Source: Hemiscyllium ocellatum (lineage: Eukaryota). Taken from it: 64,000 nucleotides of DNA. Numbering within the stretch: position 1 is the stretch's first letter; each line of letters opens with the position of its first letter. The DNA lies in assembly GCF_020745735.1 (NCBI RefSeq), contig NC_083409.1, positions 5,569,534 through 5,633,533 on the forward strand. The letters run 5' to 3'. Positions 63,400-64,000 of this stretch are shown here, in pieces. A program made the position numbers and the translations under genes. Below the pieces are notes generated by a model, which ran no database searches, was not told the origin of the DNA, and was given only the letters and a program-made list of their open reading frames with translations.

Positions 63400-64000
63400 C
63401 CTTAGCATTTATTGACCATGCCTAATCACCCAGACGACAGTTTAAAGTCAACCACATTGCTGTGGGTCTGGAATCACATGGTAGGCAGTCAAAAGGATGG
63501 CAGTTCCCTTCCCTAAATCACATCAGGGAATCAGTTGGCTTTTTCCTGATAATCAACAATTGTTTCATGGTCATCATCAGACTCTTAATTGCAGATGCTT
63601 TTTATTGAATTCAAACTCCACCATTTGCCGTGGCAGGATTCTAACCCTGGTCCCCAGAACATTAATCTCTGGATTACCAGTTCAGCAATAATACCATTAA
63701 ATCATTGCCTCTTTTATCTCATTTTTGTTTGAGAGTTTGTTTATTCTGGAACTGTATAAAACCCCAGTTAGAGCACAGTGAGAGAACTGTGTACGGTTCT
63801 GGTCACCACATTACAGGAAGGATGTGTTCCCACTTGAGACAGGGACAGAGGAGGATTTTGTCAGGAATGGGGAGTTAGGCAATGATTGGTTTGGCTGGGA
63901 CTGTTTCCTTTGGAACAGAGGAGGCTGATGGGTAATTTGATCGAGATGTGTAAAATGATGAGGGGCCTGGATAGAGTGGGTAGGGGGACTGATTTCCATC
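63400..64000. mobile_element. SacSINE1-like SINE (-, ~63400-63705) and CR1 fragment (+, ~63760-64000)
   Basis: gtcaaccacattgctgtgggtctggaatcacatg..aattcaaactccaccatttgccgtgg; ttctggtcaccacattacaggaaggatgtg. Confidence 0.8.

Noticed and set aside
1-64000. CRISPR arrays, rRNA or true tRNA genes
   Set aside because: None seen; tandem repeats lack unique spacers and the tRNA-like boxes belong to SINE heads

Overview
Repeat-rich eukaryotic DNA from a cartilaginous fish, most likely a shark (inferred from HE1-type and SacSINE1-type SINEs, CR1/HER1 LINEs and the Ig sequence). Most of the window is decayed CR1 LINE, SINE and Penelope-like element (PLE) sequence, with three assembly gaps. Host genes: (1) two kappa-type (type III/NS4-like) Ig light-chain constant exons facing tail-to-tail, C1 at 47623-47951 (+) and C2 at 61745-62073 (-). 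Both have a splice acceptor, 3'UTR and AATAAA. C2 has lost the second intradomain Cys and the C-terminal Cys. I found no V or J segment and no convincing RSS. (2) Two disabled first exons of the shark-expanded GPR139-like GPCR family (25008-25306, 33112-33256), with a variable 42-bp coding repeat, inside an old multi-copy segmental duplication; no second exon was found. Also present: many PLE-terminus copies carrying minimal hammerhead-ribozyme motifs, several as long palindromes with flanking duplications; a solo LTR with a perfect 5-bp TSD; and ~60-bp and 43-bp minisatellites. All alignments and counts were done by eye. TE boundaries are approximate. Nothing here is demonstrably a new biological system.
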